A DNA stretch of 64,000 nt from an uncultured Spirochaetota bacterium (GCA_963734495.1 CAVTHK010000001.1:576001-640000); one strand, 5' to 3'. Positions 1-9,450 are shown, numbered from the stretch's first letter. Program-made: numbers and translations. Notes: generated by a model from the letters alone, not told the origin.

Positions 1-82
1 GGCCCGGACGCGACCGGCGCCTCCTTTCCTTGGACCGCGGGCGAGCGCTATACTTTCGCTCATCGACAAGGAAGAGCACGCT

Positions 83-853
83 GTGAGCAGCGACATAACG
101 CGCATCCTCAAGGACTGGGACTACGAGTCGGGCAACCTGATCCGAATCATCAAGGCCGACGACGGCCGTGATGTCCTGCAGGTCCGCCAGCCGCTCGGCA
201 TCGAACAGTACGAGCTGCAGGGGCGGCCCGACGGCCTGGCGCCCGAAGGCAAGGAGTGCTACGTCGAGCTGTACTCCGAGAGGCTGCGCGAGCACGTCGC
301 GGCGCACGGCTCCGAAGAGGGGTTCACGCTCTCGCACGACGACCTCGCGCGGCTGCAGAACGAAGGCGTTCTCTACTACTACCGCTACCTCGTGCTGTTC
401 CAGATCGGCGACTTCGAGAGGACGGCCTCGGACACCGACCACAACCTCGCGCTGTGCGACCTCGTGGAAAAGTTCGCCGACAAGGAGTCCGACAAGAAGG
501 AAGTCCTCCAGTACCGGCCCTACATCCTGCGGATCAACGCGATCTCCAAGGCGATGATCTCGCTCAACCACCAGCTCAAGGCCGCGGCCATGGAGATCAT
601 CGAGAGCGCCATCGACGTCATCAAGAAGATGCCGAACATAGACACGCCGGCCTTCCAGTTCGAGAAGATCCGCTCGATCAACAGCCTGAGGGCCACGCTC
701 AAGCAGATCCAGGAGCAGAAAGTATCGCCCCTCGACAAGCTCAAGGCGGATCTCGACCGCGCGGTCGAGGAAGAGGACTACGAGACCGCCGCGCAGATCC
801 GCGACCGGATCAGAGAGCTGGAGGGCCCGGGTGAACAGCAGGACGACGCCTGA
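83..853 (+). CDS. UvrB/UvrC (UVR) motif-containing protein
   Basis: 256-aa ORF with SD-like AAGGA upstream; C-terminal UVR motif LKADLDRAVEEEDYETAAQIRDRIREL. Confidence 0.85.
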   Translation: MSSDITRILKDWDYESGNLIRIIKADDGRDVLQVRQPLGIEQYELQGRPDGLAPEGKECYVELYSERLREHVAAHGSEEGFTLSHDDLARLQNEGVLYYYRYLVLFQIGDFERTASDTDHNLALCDLVEKFADKESDKKEVLQYRPYILRINAISKAMISLNHQLKAAAMEIIESAIDVIKKMPNIDTPAFQFEKIRSINSLRATLKQIQEQKVSPLDKLKADLDRAVEEEDYETAAQIRDRIRELEGPGEQQDDA

Positions 854-855
854 CC

Positions 856-1007
856 GAGGCTGTCGCGTCTGTCGCCAGCCCTCGCATGAGCGCGCTTCGA
901 GCGGCCTTGCCGCTCTCGACAGCCGGGGATAGACCGGCCGCGGTCTGCCGCGGCCAGACAACCGGCAGGGGCGTGGGTGACGGCCTGCCGGAAGCCCGAC
1001 AGGCTCC
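856..1007. mobile_element. Putative MITE-like / structured intergenic repeat (copy A)
   Basis: Imperfect terminal inverted repeats (GAGGCTGTCG at 856; CGACAGGCTC ending 1006) and internal hairpins; 937-1007 matches the reverse complement of 63508-63579 at 60/72 positions by hand alignment. Confidence 0.5.
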
Positions 1008-1067
1008 TGGGCGGCGCGGATTGCGCGGCGCTCCCCGCAGTCGAGGGGGTCCCGCGAGGTGGTGTCC

Positions 1068-2351
1068 ATGACGGCAGGTCCCTGGCAGCCACTGATCCTG
1101 CTCGTCGTCGAGGCAGCCGGCATCGCGGCGCTCCTGCTGGCGCTCTTCAGCCTCCGCTCGGAGCTCGGGCTCGTTCCGCTCAGCGTCACCATCGGCGTTC
1201 TGCAGCTCTTTCAGAACCTGCTCGCCGCCACCGTCTACATCCGCATCGCCCCGGGGGTCCTCGTCGGGCCGGGGTCCGTCATCGTCTTCACGGCCAACCT
1301 ATCGACCATCCTGCTCGTCTATATCCGCGAGGACGCCCTGGAGGCGCGCAAGCTCGCGTACGGAATCATCGGCGCCAACGTGCTCGCCGGCCTCCTGATG
1401 TATCTCACCGGTGTCAGCCTCGACCACCCGTGGGTGGTGAACCTCGCGGGCGTCCCTGCGGCGCTGTTCAGGCAGAACCTGCGCGTGTCGATCGCGAGCA
1501 CCGTGGCGCTGGCCGTGGACGTGATCGCCGTCATCCTGCTCTACGAGGCGGTCAGCCGCCGCGTCCGCCACAGCTTCTTCGCCCGCATCTGGATCACCAT
1601 GACGGCGATCCTCGCGGGCGACACTGTCCTGTTCAACACCCTGGCTTTCCTGGGGGAGCCAACCTACGGCGCTCTGCTGCTGTGGAACCTGGTCGGCAAG
1701 TCGATCTGCGCTCTGTTCTTCTCCACGGTGCTGCGCGTGTACCTGCACTACACGGGCCGGGGCGAATTCCACGGCCCGCGCGGCGCCGTACGCGACATCT
1801 TCCACCTCCTGACCTTCAGGCAGAAGTACGAAGCCGTGACGGAGCTCGTCTACAGGGACGCGCTCACGGGGGTCTACAGCCGCAGATTCTTCGACGAGAT
1901 CCTGCCGAGGGAGCTCAGCCTGGCGCGGCGGTCCGAGCGGCCGCTCGCGCTCATCATGATCGACCTCGACCGCTTCAAAAGCGTCAACGACACCCACGGC
2001 CACCAGACGGGGGATGCGGCGCTGCGGGCTTTGACGCAGTTCGTGGTGCGCGGCGTCCGGTCCACGGACATCGTCTGCCGTTTCGGCGGCGAGGAGTTCG
2101 TCGTCGTGCTCAGCGACACGACCGCTGCCGGCGCGGTGGCGCTCGCGGAGAAGCTCTCGGCCCAGCTCAAGGAGGCCCAGATCCGCGGCGGCGAGGAGTG
2201 GGCGCTGCCGGTGCGGTTCACGATTACGGCCGGAGTCGCCGGCTTCCCCGACGACGGCGTCGACGCGGACGCCCTGATCCGCGCGGCCGACACGCGCCTC
2301 TACACGGGCAAGGACGAAGGCCGCGACCGGGTCGTCGGCCCCCCGGACTGA
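1068..2351 (+). CDS. Diguanylate cyclase (GGDEF) with N-terminal VUT/YhhQ-like membrane domain
   Basis: DALTGVYSRR, MIDLDRFKSVNDTHGHQTGD, RSTD I-site and GGEEF; hydrophobic N-terminus with VUT-like motifs; ATG 1068 follows GAGGTGG. Confidence 0.9.
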   Translation: MTAGPWQPLILLVVEAAGIAALLLALFSLRSELGLVPLSVTIGVLQLFQNLLAATVYIRIAPGVLVGPGSVIVFTANLSTILLVYIREDALEARKLAYGIIGANVLAGLLMYLTGVSLDHPWVVNLAGVPAALFRQNLRVSIASTVALAVDVIAVILLYEAVSRRVRHSFFARIWITMTAILAGDTVLFNTLAFLGEPTYGALLLWNLVGKSICALFFSTVLRVYLHYTGRGEFHGPRGAVRDIFHLLTFRQKYEAVTELVYRDALTGVYSRRFFDEILPRELSLARRSERPLALIMIDLDRFKSVNDTHGHQTGDAALRALTQFVVRGVRSTDIVCRFGGEEFVVVLSDTTAAGAVALAEKLSAQLKEAQIRGGEEWALPVRFTITAGVAGFPDDGVDADALIRAADTRLYTGKDEGRDRVVGPPD

Positions 2352-2386
2352 AAGCCCGCACTCCGCCTGTCCGCGTGCTCGCGAGA

Positions 2387-2415
2387 TTGTCAGCTCGTGG
2401 TCCCCGGTGTATCCT
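2387..2415 (+). promoter_or_regulatory. Putative sigma70-type promoter
   Basis: TTGTCA-N17-TATCCT, 7 nt before ATG 2423. Confidence 0.5.
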
Positions 2416-2422
2416 GAACGGC

Positions 2423-2875
2423 ATGAGGAAGCTGCTGCTGGCCCTGGTGTGCCTCGCGCTCGCCGCCTGCGCAACCTTATCGCCGCGGCGCGCCGAGCGC
2501 GCAGCCGGCGAGATCGTCGGCCTCGTGAACTCGGGCCGGGCGGCCGAGCTCGCGCGGATGAGCCGCGCGCCGTTCCTGCTGGACGGCGAGCTGCTGCTGC
2601 TGGCGAGCGACGTGGCCGCCTTCTGGGACGGGGTCTCGAAGGCGGGGCTCAGAATCGACCCGGCGGCCGCGGTCAAGGCCGTGCCCGTCGACGCGCAGAC
2701 CTACGCCCGCTTCGCGTCGACGATGGAGGTCAAGACCTTCTTCGAGAGCTATGTTTCGAAGAAGGGCTCCCTCGTGGTGCTCGAGGCCGGACGCGCGCGC
2801 ATCCTGCTGCTGCTCGAGCGCGGCAAAGGGGGCCGGACGTTGATCGTGGGATTCAAGGGGCCCGACGCGATATGA
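2423..2875 (+). CDS. Hypothetical lipoprotein
   Basis: Signal peptide with lipobox MRKLLLALVCLALAAC; ATGA overlap with next gene. Confidence 0.75.
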   Translation: MRKLLLALVCLALAACATLSPRRAERAAGEIVGLVNSGRAAELARMSRAPFLLDGELLLLASDVAAFWDGVSKAGLRIDPAAAVKAVPVDAQTYARFASTMEVKTFFESYVSKKGSLVVLEAGRARILLLLERGKGGRTLIVGFKGPDAI

Positions 2876-3893
2876 AAACGAAGCTCATTCTCGCCGCGGC
2901 GGCGCTCCTCGCCGCCGCCGCTCAAGGGGCGCTCGCCCTCGACAAGCACGAGGTCGTGTTCACCGAGGGCGCGCCGATCCTGCGCGACAACGGCGTCGAG
3001 CAGGAGATCGTGGTCGGCGACACGGTCCAGCCGGGGCAGACGATCGTGACCGGCGCCGGTGACCGCGTCGATCTCGAGTCGGGCAGCTACCGGGTGAGGA
3101 TCGCCGAGAGCTCGGTCTTCACGCTCCTGGAGACCGACGAACAGGGCGCGAGCCAGCCGGTGCTCAAGGCGGCCCTCGGCAGGCTGAGCTTCGTGCGGCA
3201 GAAGCTCGGCGGCTCGGAGCCGCGCCTGGCCGGAAGCGCCGCCATCTGCGGCGTGCGCGGCACGGACGTGACGCTGGTCTCGGGCGCGGACGGCACGACG
3301 CTCATCGTCGTGGACGAAGGGGCGGTCGACGTGTCCGCGGCGGGGGCAACCGTGCAGCTCGCCAAGGGCGAGGCGGTCGAGGTGCCCACCGGTGCCGCGC
3401 CCGGCCAGAAGTACCAGGCTCTGAGCCGCGAGATCGACTTCAGCAAGTGGAACGGCGACCGGCTCGCCGCGATGCTCAAAGACCCGGTGACGGCAGCCGC
3501 GAGGGTCGAGAAGCAGCTCGACTCCTACATCGAGCAGATGAAGATCCTCAGGCCGCTGTACGACCAGCGGTACGCGGAGCTGCAGGCGCGAGGGCCCGGG
3601 AGGCGGACATCAGGAACGACGGATCAGCAGGCAGCGACGGACTTCCACGACAAGTCGGTGGTTGCCGGCGCAGCGTCGAGGCACACACGGTCTTCGTGAA
3701 CCTCCGCTTCTACGCCCTGTCCGCGCTTTCACTGCGGAGGTTCGTCGAAGGCAGGCTCTACGCCTTCACCAAGGCGCAGTACATCGCCACTCCCGCGAGC
3801 GCCGCGTACCAGGAGTTCCTCAAGGAGCACGCGAGGCTGCTCTCGAAGTTCGAGACCGCGGTCGTGCCCGAGCTCGTCGCCGCGGACATATGA
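2872..3893 (+). CDS. Secreted FecR-domain protein (frameshifted near 3595-3690)
   Basis: Signal peptide; FecR-like motifs GDTVQPGQTIVTG and AAICGVRGT; C-terminus continues in another frame to 3893. Confidence 0.75.
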
Positions 3894-3906
3894 GAAGGAG
3901 GCAATC

Positions 3907-4305
3907 ATGATCGCGCGTCTGACGCGGATAGCTTTGCTCGCGACGGCGGTCGTCTGCTCTGACGCTGGGCGGGATGCGCCGTGGACAAGACGTCGATCGA
4001 GGACCGGATCTCGGATGTTCATCGACGGATGTCAACGCCGGCAACTACGGCAGCCTCTACAAGCACCTGCACACGGATTGCGCCGAGCGGAACGCGGCCA
4101 AAGTCGGCGAGCTTTCTGGACCTCCACCGTCTGGATCCTCCCATACCCGCCGTTCAGCCTGTCCGGCATGTCGTACGGCACGACCTCTACGGGCAACCTG
4201 GTCTCTGCGACGTCTGGTAGCGGCAGTGCGATCACTTTCGTCATGAAGGAAGAGGATACCGGACGACTGGTTCATTCTGAGCATCTCGGTGCCGGCGTAG
4301 GGTGA
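3907..4305 (+). CDS. Hypothetical lipoprotein (several apparent single-base insertions)
   Basis: Strong SD AAGGAGG; joining frames gives LTLGGC-AVDKTSIEDRISMFIDDVNAGNYGSLYKHLH; end uncertain. Confidence 0.5.
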   Translation: MIARLTRIALLATAVVCSDAGRDAPWTRRRSRTGSRMFIDGCQRRQLRQPLQAPAHGLRRAERGQSRRAFWTSTVWILPYPPFSLSGMSYGTTSTGNLVSATSGSGSAITFVMKEEDTGRLVHSEHLGAGVG

Positions 4306-4327
4306 ACTGACGGCTGCAAGCGCGGAC

Positions 4328-4645
4328 TCAGGCGCGCAGCTTCGCGAGGCGCGCCATCAGCCTCGGCGGTCGCGCCCCGGGGGCGTGCTTCTGCCTGCTG
4401 AACCGCTCGAGGATGCGGATCTCGTCGCCCCTGCGGCCGAGCTTGCGGTACGCGACCGCGAGCTGCCAGTAGTACCACGGCGCGACGCCCTCGCCTGAGG
4501 CCCTCGCGTCCGCCTCCGTGGCTGCGACCAGCCGCAACAGCAGCGCGATCGCCTGGTTTTCCCTGTGCAGGCGACGCAGGCCCTTCACCCGGTCGACGTA
4601 CTCCGAGAAGTGCCTGCCCTGGACGCAGCCCGGCTGCTCCGCCAT
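4328..4645 (-). CDS. Small hypothetical protein, TPR-like helices
   Basis: 105-aa ORF, SD GAGG; APWYYWQLAVAYRKLG..EIRILERF. Confidence 0.65.
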   Translation of the reverse strand: MAEQPGCVQGRHFSEYVDRVKGLRRLHRENQAIALLLRLVAATEADARASGEGVAPWYYWQLAVAYRKLGRRGDEIRILERFSRQKHAPGARPPRLMARLAKLRA

Positions 4646-4730
4646 CGCCTCGCCTGCTCCCGCGCAATAGTCTACGCGAGCCCCGCCGGCCGTTCCAGCC
4701 GGCGCGCGGGCGCGGCGGCCTGGTGAGGGG

Positions 4731-5471
4731 CTACGACACGGCCAGGTCCACTCCTATCTGCAGGAGTCCCAGCCTTGCCGCCAGCCCGACGGACGCGATG
4801 TTGTCCCAGGAGGTGCTGTAGAGCGGGTTCATGGCCTGCTGACGCACGAGGGCGGCCCAGGCAGCCACGACCTCGGCTCCGTACCCGCGGCGGCGCAGGC
4901 GCGGAAGCGTCTCCACTCCGGCCTCCACATCGTGAGAGGATCGGCGAACGACCTGGCAGACCGAGACGGCGCGGCCGCCTTCGAGCCTGGCCACGCACGG
5001 CTGAACCAGGTCGAGCCGCTCGACGAGGTCGTCGAACCCATCGCGCAGAACGTGGGCTTTGCCGCGGTCCACGACCGTGACGCGCGGCGCGGCGGGCAAC
5101 TCCGTGGGAAACCTGTAGACGGGGCCGTGATGGACGATCTGCGTCTGCGAGGACGACGCCCCCAGCGCATCGCACAGGATGGCGCCCAGCTGCGCCTCCG
5201 CCCCGAACGGGAGGCTGCCCAGGGCGGCGCTCACGCGGCGTGCGGCCTCGTCCGAAACGTCATGGCGGACGGCGAACACCAGGACCCCCTGCCCGTGGCA
5301 GAGGTACGCCCGAGGGGCGGGACGCGTCGCGCCCCAGGGCTCGTTGATGGAAAGCAGCCGGCCCGCGCGATCACAGACGTACAGGAGCCGCGGGCGTCGC
5401 CGGATCACGTCGGCGTCGTCGAAGCTCGCGGCGGCATCCCTGGTTCCCACAGCTGCTCCGCGACCTCGCAC
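4731..5471 (-). CDS. GNAT family N-acetyltransferase
   Basis: EAGVETLPRLRRRGYGAEVVAAW acetyl-CoA motif; LYSTSWDNIASVGLARLG-type C-terminus; start uncertain. Confidence 0.8.
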   Translation of the reverse strand: MRGRGAAVGTRDAAASFDDADVIRRRPRLLYVCDRAGRLLSINEPWGATRPAPRAYLCHGQGVLVFAVRHDVSDEAARRVSAALGSLPFGAEAQLGAILCDALGASSSQTQIVHHGPVYRFPTELPAAPRVTVVDRGKAHVLRDGFDDLVERLDLVQPCVARLEGGRAVSVCQVVRRSSHDVEAGVETLPRLRRRGYGAEVVAAWAALVRQQAMNPLYSTSWDNIASVGLAARLGLLQIGVDLAVS

Positions 5472-5543
5472 TTCAGTCTATTCCAGGATCGCCGGATAGC
5501 GCGAGCCGGTGCGAGCCGGGCGGCGCCCGGCTGAGCCCGGCAC

Positions 5544-6455
5544 TCAGCCGTTCGCTCTGTGATCGGCGAGGACCTGGTCGATCGTGCGGCGAGAGATGCC
5601 GGCAAGCGTCGGGTTGGTGCTCTTGTAGTACGGGAGCGCGATCAACCCGGTGGACAACGCCCAGCCGCTGCCCCGCGCCCAGCTCGCGTCATCGGCGGCG
5701 AGCGACGCGCGGAACACGACCCTGGTTTCGGCGGAGAGTAAGTTCCAGGCCACCATCAGGTCGCACGCGGGGTCGCCCACGCCCAGGCAGCCGAAGTCGA
5801 TGACGGCGCTGAGCCGACCCTGCTGCTCCAGAAGGTTCCCCGGCCTCAGGTCGCCGTGGATCCAAACCGGCGGGCCGCTCCACTCCGGGGCCCCGAGGGC
5901 CGCTTCCCACGCCCGCGCCGCGGCTTCCGTGTCGAGCGTGCCGCGCAGAGCCGCAAGCGCGGCGCGGACGCGCTCGTCCCGCGTCGCGAGCGGGACGCCG
6001 CGGCCCGAGTTGTGCTCGCCGGGCGCAGGCCCGCCGGAGGCGTCGACACGTCGCAGGGCGGCCACGAACCGGGCGAGCTGCCGCGCAGCCTCGCCCGGAT
6101 CAGCGAGACCTTCGAGGGTCGCCTCCTCGCCGTCGAGCCACCGGTAGATGGACCAGCGCCACGGGTAGCTCTCCGCGGGCTCGCCCATGGCGAGCGGGAC
6201 GGGGATGGCCAGCGGCAGGTGGGGGGCGAGCTTCGGAAGCCACTCCTGCTCCTTGTCCACCTGCCCGACCGCCCAATGGATGCGGGGCATCCGCACGACC
6301 ATGTCCTCGCCGAGCCGATAGAGCGCGTTGTCCGTCCCGGCGGTGGCAACCGCCTCGATGCGGAGGCCGGCCCACCGCGGAAACTGAGCGGCAAGCAGCC
6401 TTCGCACGAGGGATGCGTCGGTGTCCACCTCGTCGGCGTGCATTCTGCGGGTCAT
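5544..6455 (-). CDS. Aminoglycoside phosphotransferase (APH)-family kinase
   Basis: WIHGDLRPGNLL and VIDFG motifs, GDPACDL. Confidence 0.9.
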   Translation of the reverse strand: MTRRMHADEVDTDASLVRRLLAAQFPRWAGLRIEAVATAGTDNALYRLGEDMVVRMPRIHWAVGQVDKEQEWLPKLAPHLPLAIPVPLAMGEPAESYPWRWSIYRWLDGEEATLEGLADPGEAARQLARFVAALRRVDASGGPAPGEHNSGRGVPLATRDERVRAALAALRGTLDTEAAARAWEAALGAPEWSGPPVWIHGDLRPGNLLEQQGRLSAVIDFGCLGVGDPACDLMVAWNLLSAETRVVFRASLAADDASWARGSGWALSTGLIALPYYKSTNPTLAGISRRTIDQVLADHRANG

Positions 6456-6468
6456 GAGCGCCTCGCGC

Positions 6469-7528
6469 CTACGGCGCGGCCGCCCGCAGGAGGCGGGTCA
6501 CTTGGGCAGCGGAGGCCTCGAGCGGGATCACCCGCGAGCAGCGCCTGCCGCGCGCGAGCTCGGCCGGCGGCAGCGAGGCCTCGAGCGCGTCGACGGGCAG
6601 CAGGTGCGGGTGAGCCGCCACCCACGCCTCCGCCCGCTGCAGGTCGGCGGCGGCGACCGCCAGGTGCACCATCGTGACCGCGGGCTCGGCCTCGAGCCGG
6701 TCGAGCATCCGCGCGAGCGCGTCCTCGTCGAGCTCGCGGCCGTCGAGGAGGACCTCGATGGCGGCGGACTTCTTCAACTTACCTCTCTTCCTGGCGATGC
6801 GGTCAGCCTCGCGGTAGGAGGCCGGGTCGCCCACGTCCAGGCAGTCGCCGTCGATCAGCCACCCGTAGAACGGCGCGCGCGGGACCAGCCACTCCATCAT
6901 GGTACCGGGCGCGTCGGGGCGGCCGGTCGACGCGGGCGTACTCGCGGATGAGCGGCAACGCGTCGCGCGGGAACGTGTAGAACGCGATGCTCTCGATCGA
7001 GGTCGGGGGCCGCGCGGGCTTTTCCAGGAACTCCGTGATGCGGCCGTCGGGGGCGAGCACGGCGCAGCCGCGGCGGCCAGCGAGCTTCGCGGGGTCGCCC
7101 ACGTCCTCGCAGGTGTTGGCGCCGCCCCCCTTTTCGCGGGCGAAGGCGAGGAAAGCGGGGATGGAGAAGCTGAAGAGCTTGTCGGAGCACACCACGAGGA
7201 GGTCCTCGTCGAGGCCGAGGCGGTCCATGGCGAAGAGGAGGTCGCCGACGCTGCCGCGCCGCGTTTCGTTCGTCGTCGTCCCGTCGTCGAGCACCGTGAC
7301 CGGGCGCAGGCCCGCAGCCTTTGAGCGCCGCTGCCACAGGTCGAAGAAGGCGGCGTAGCGGCTGTTCGTGACCAGGGTCAGGTCTTCGATGCCGGGGGCC
7401 GCTGCCAGCGCCTCGACGGTCCCGTCGAGGAGGGGGCGGCCGCCAACGCGCAGGAGCGTCTTGGGGTAGAGGCGCGTGTAGGGGTGCAGACGCGTGGCGT
7501 AGCCCGCGGCCAGGATGACGGCCCTCAC
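6469..7528 (-). CDS. Sugar-1-phosphate nucleotidyltransferase (frameshift ~6900-6930) with C-terminal extension
   Basis: AVILAAGYATRL.P.T..PKTLL signature, FLEKP; DVGDPASYREAD in the downstream frame. Confidence 0.85.
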
Positions 7529-7564
7529 GCGAGCCCCTGCATGGGTCGGCGCTTCACGCCGCGC

Positions 7565-8599
7565 TCACGACCGGCCCGCCGGGTCCGCGGCGATACGGAT
7601 CCTGAGGGTCCGGTAACCTTCGCGCGCGTACGCCTCGTCCAGCTCGGCGTAGTGCTTGTCGCCGCTGCAGACGCCCACCGCCGCGCCGCCCGATCCCGAG
7701 AAGTTGGCGTGCGACCCGTGCTCGCGCGCGATCTCGATCATGCGCACGTTCTGCGGCGCCAGCGAGTAGACGCTGCGCCGCAGGTCGAAGTCGCGGCTCA
7801 TGAGGGCCCCGATGTCGCCCCCGCGGCCCGCCTCGAGGCAGGCGACCGCCTCGTCGGCGAGCGCCGCCTTGGCGGCCATCGCCTCGAGGACCCGGGCGTC
7901 GTGCTCCACCGAGACGCGGTAGCGCATGATGTTGTGGACCTCGCCCGAGGATTTCGACAGCTCGTCCTTGTAGGCGATGTAGAGCGGCGGCAGCAGGCGG
8001 GGATCGAGGTTGCGGTAGCCGCCGTGCCTGCCTTCGTTGGCAGCCCACGCCTCGCGGGTGAAGTCCATGTACACGAGGCCCCCGTAGACCGCGACCACGC
8101 GGTCCTGCGGCCCGGCGCTGATGCCGAGCTCCGCGGTCTCCGCCTCGAGGATGATGTTGGGCTGCACGGCCTTGGGGATGTCGCGAACGCTGAGCTCGTA
8201 GAAGCGCATGAGCGCCGCGAACACGGCCTTGATGATCGTGCTCGAGCCGCCGAGCCCGAGGCCGAAGGGCACGTCCGAGTCGTACTCTATGGTGAAGTTC
8301 CGCCGCGGAAGCTCGATCCCGTGCAGGTCGCAGTACTGCTTGAAGCGGACGAGGATCGCCTCGATGATCCGGATCCCGCCGTAGTAGCCGTAGGTTCTGC
8401 GGTAGCGCACGAGGTCGTCGAGGCTCTCGAAGCGCGTGAGGTCGCGGGCCGTCGGCACGATGTGCAGCTCGGGCGTCTCGTAGAGGACGACCTGCGCCTT
8501 GAAGGCATCGAACAGGAAGGAGATCACCTTCCCGTTGAAGATGTCCGAAGGGTTCCCGATGAGGCCCGAGCGGGCGTAACAGCTTTCTCTGATGATCAC
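7565..8599 (-). CDS. GHMP kinase, glucuronokinase-like
   Basis: ARSGLIGNPSD, GYYGGIRI, PFGLGLGGSS, ELGISAGPQDRV..VYGGLVYMDF, FSGSGGA; resembles plant glucuronokinase from recall. Confidence 0.8.
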   Translation of the reverse strand: MIIRESCYARSGLIGNPSDIFNGKVISFLFDAFKAQVVLYETPELHIVPTARDLTRFESLDDLVRYRRTYGYYGGIRIIEAILVRFKQYCDLHGIELPRRNFTIEYDSDVPFGLGLGGSSTIIKAVFAALMRFYELSVRDIPKAVQPNIILEAETAELGISAGPQDRVVAVYGGLVYMDFTREAWAANEGRHGGYRNLDPRLLPPLYIAYKDELSKSSGEVHNIMRYRVSVEHDARVLEAMAAKAALADEAVACLEAGRGGDIGALMSRDFDLRRSVYSLAPQNVRMIEIAREHGSHANFSGSGGAAVGVCSGDKHYAELDEAYAREGYRTLRIRIAADPAGRS

Positions 8600-8704
8600 T
8601 TGAAATGCGCTCCTGGGGTCCGGTCTTGCCGCTGCGCGACCGTGGACGCGGAAGCCGCCCGGTCGCGCAAGGGAGGCCGCCCGGCAGCGCGGCCGCGCCG
8701 GGCC

Positions 8705-9439
8705 TCAGAACCAGAGCTTATCACCGTTGGCACGGAGCCACCTCGAGCGGGCGCGCCAGTCCGGCAGCACGCGCTCCACGTCGCGCCAGAACGCCGGCGT
8801 GTGCCCTCGCTCGCGGAGGTGGGCCAGCTCGTGCACGCACACGTACTCGCGCACCGCGGCCGGCGCGAGCAGCAGGCGCGTGGACAGGTTGATGGCCCCG
8901 CGGCGCGAGCAGCTGCCCCAGCTCGCCCGCAGGTACTTGAGGCGAACGAGCGGCGCGCGGCCGCCGAAGGCGCGCGACGCGACACGTTCGACCGTGTCGC
9001 GCATCCGCGGCAGCCACGCGCGCGCCAGGCAGCGGCTGGCGAGCAGCGTCACCTGCCTGCCCTTCTCCAGCGGGTCGAGGCCCAGCGGGACGACGACGCG
9101 GAGCTCGCCGCCCTCGAGGCGCGCCGTCCCCGTGCGCCGTTCGCGCTCCTCCAGCCGGAGCGTGTACTCCGCTCCATCCACGGAAAAACGCTCGCCGTCG
9201 GCAAAGGCGCGCCACGCGGGTCTCGGCGCGAGGCGTCGCTTGTCCACCGTGCGCCGGGCCCACGCGAGCATCCGGGCAACGGCGTCGTCGCGCTCGGCAG
9301 GGCTGAAGCTCCAGGGCACGCGGATGTGGACCGCGCGCTTGCCGATCGACGCCCTCACGTTGGCCCGGACCTCGAAGGTGATGCGCACCGGGTAGCCCGC
9401 GCCGCCCGCGCGGCCGGCGGGAACAAGTCGCTGGTTCAT
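8705..9439 (-). CDS. YgjP/DUF45 (M48-like) metallopeptidase/hydrolase
   Basis: SWGSCS..G.INL, YVCVHELAHL..GH...FW. Confidence 0.88.
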   Translation of the reverse strand: MNQRLVPAGRAGGAGYPVRITFEVRANVRASIGKRAVHIRVPWSFSPAERDDAVARMLAWARRTVDKRRLAPRPAWRAFADGERFSVDGAEYTLRLEERERRTGTARLEGGELRVVVPLGLDPLEKGRQVTLLASRCLARAWLPRMRDTVERVASRAFGGRAPLVRLKYLRASWGSCSRRGAINLSTRLLLAPAAVREYVCVHELAHLRERGHTPAFWRDVERVLPDWRARSRWLRANGDKLWF

Positions 9440-9450
9440 GCGCTCGGCGC

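Noticed and set aside
1008-1067. preQ1 riboswitch ahead of the VUT-like gene
   Set aside because: No A-rich 3' tail or recognisable preQ1 loop consensus.
5544-6455. APH plus GNAT as an antibiotic-resistance cassette
   Set aside because: Generic family members; no integron, transposase or recognisable resistance allele.
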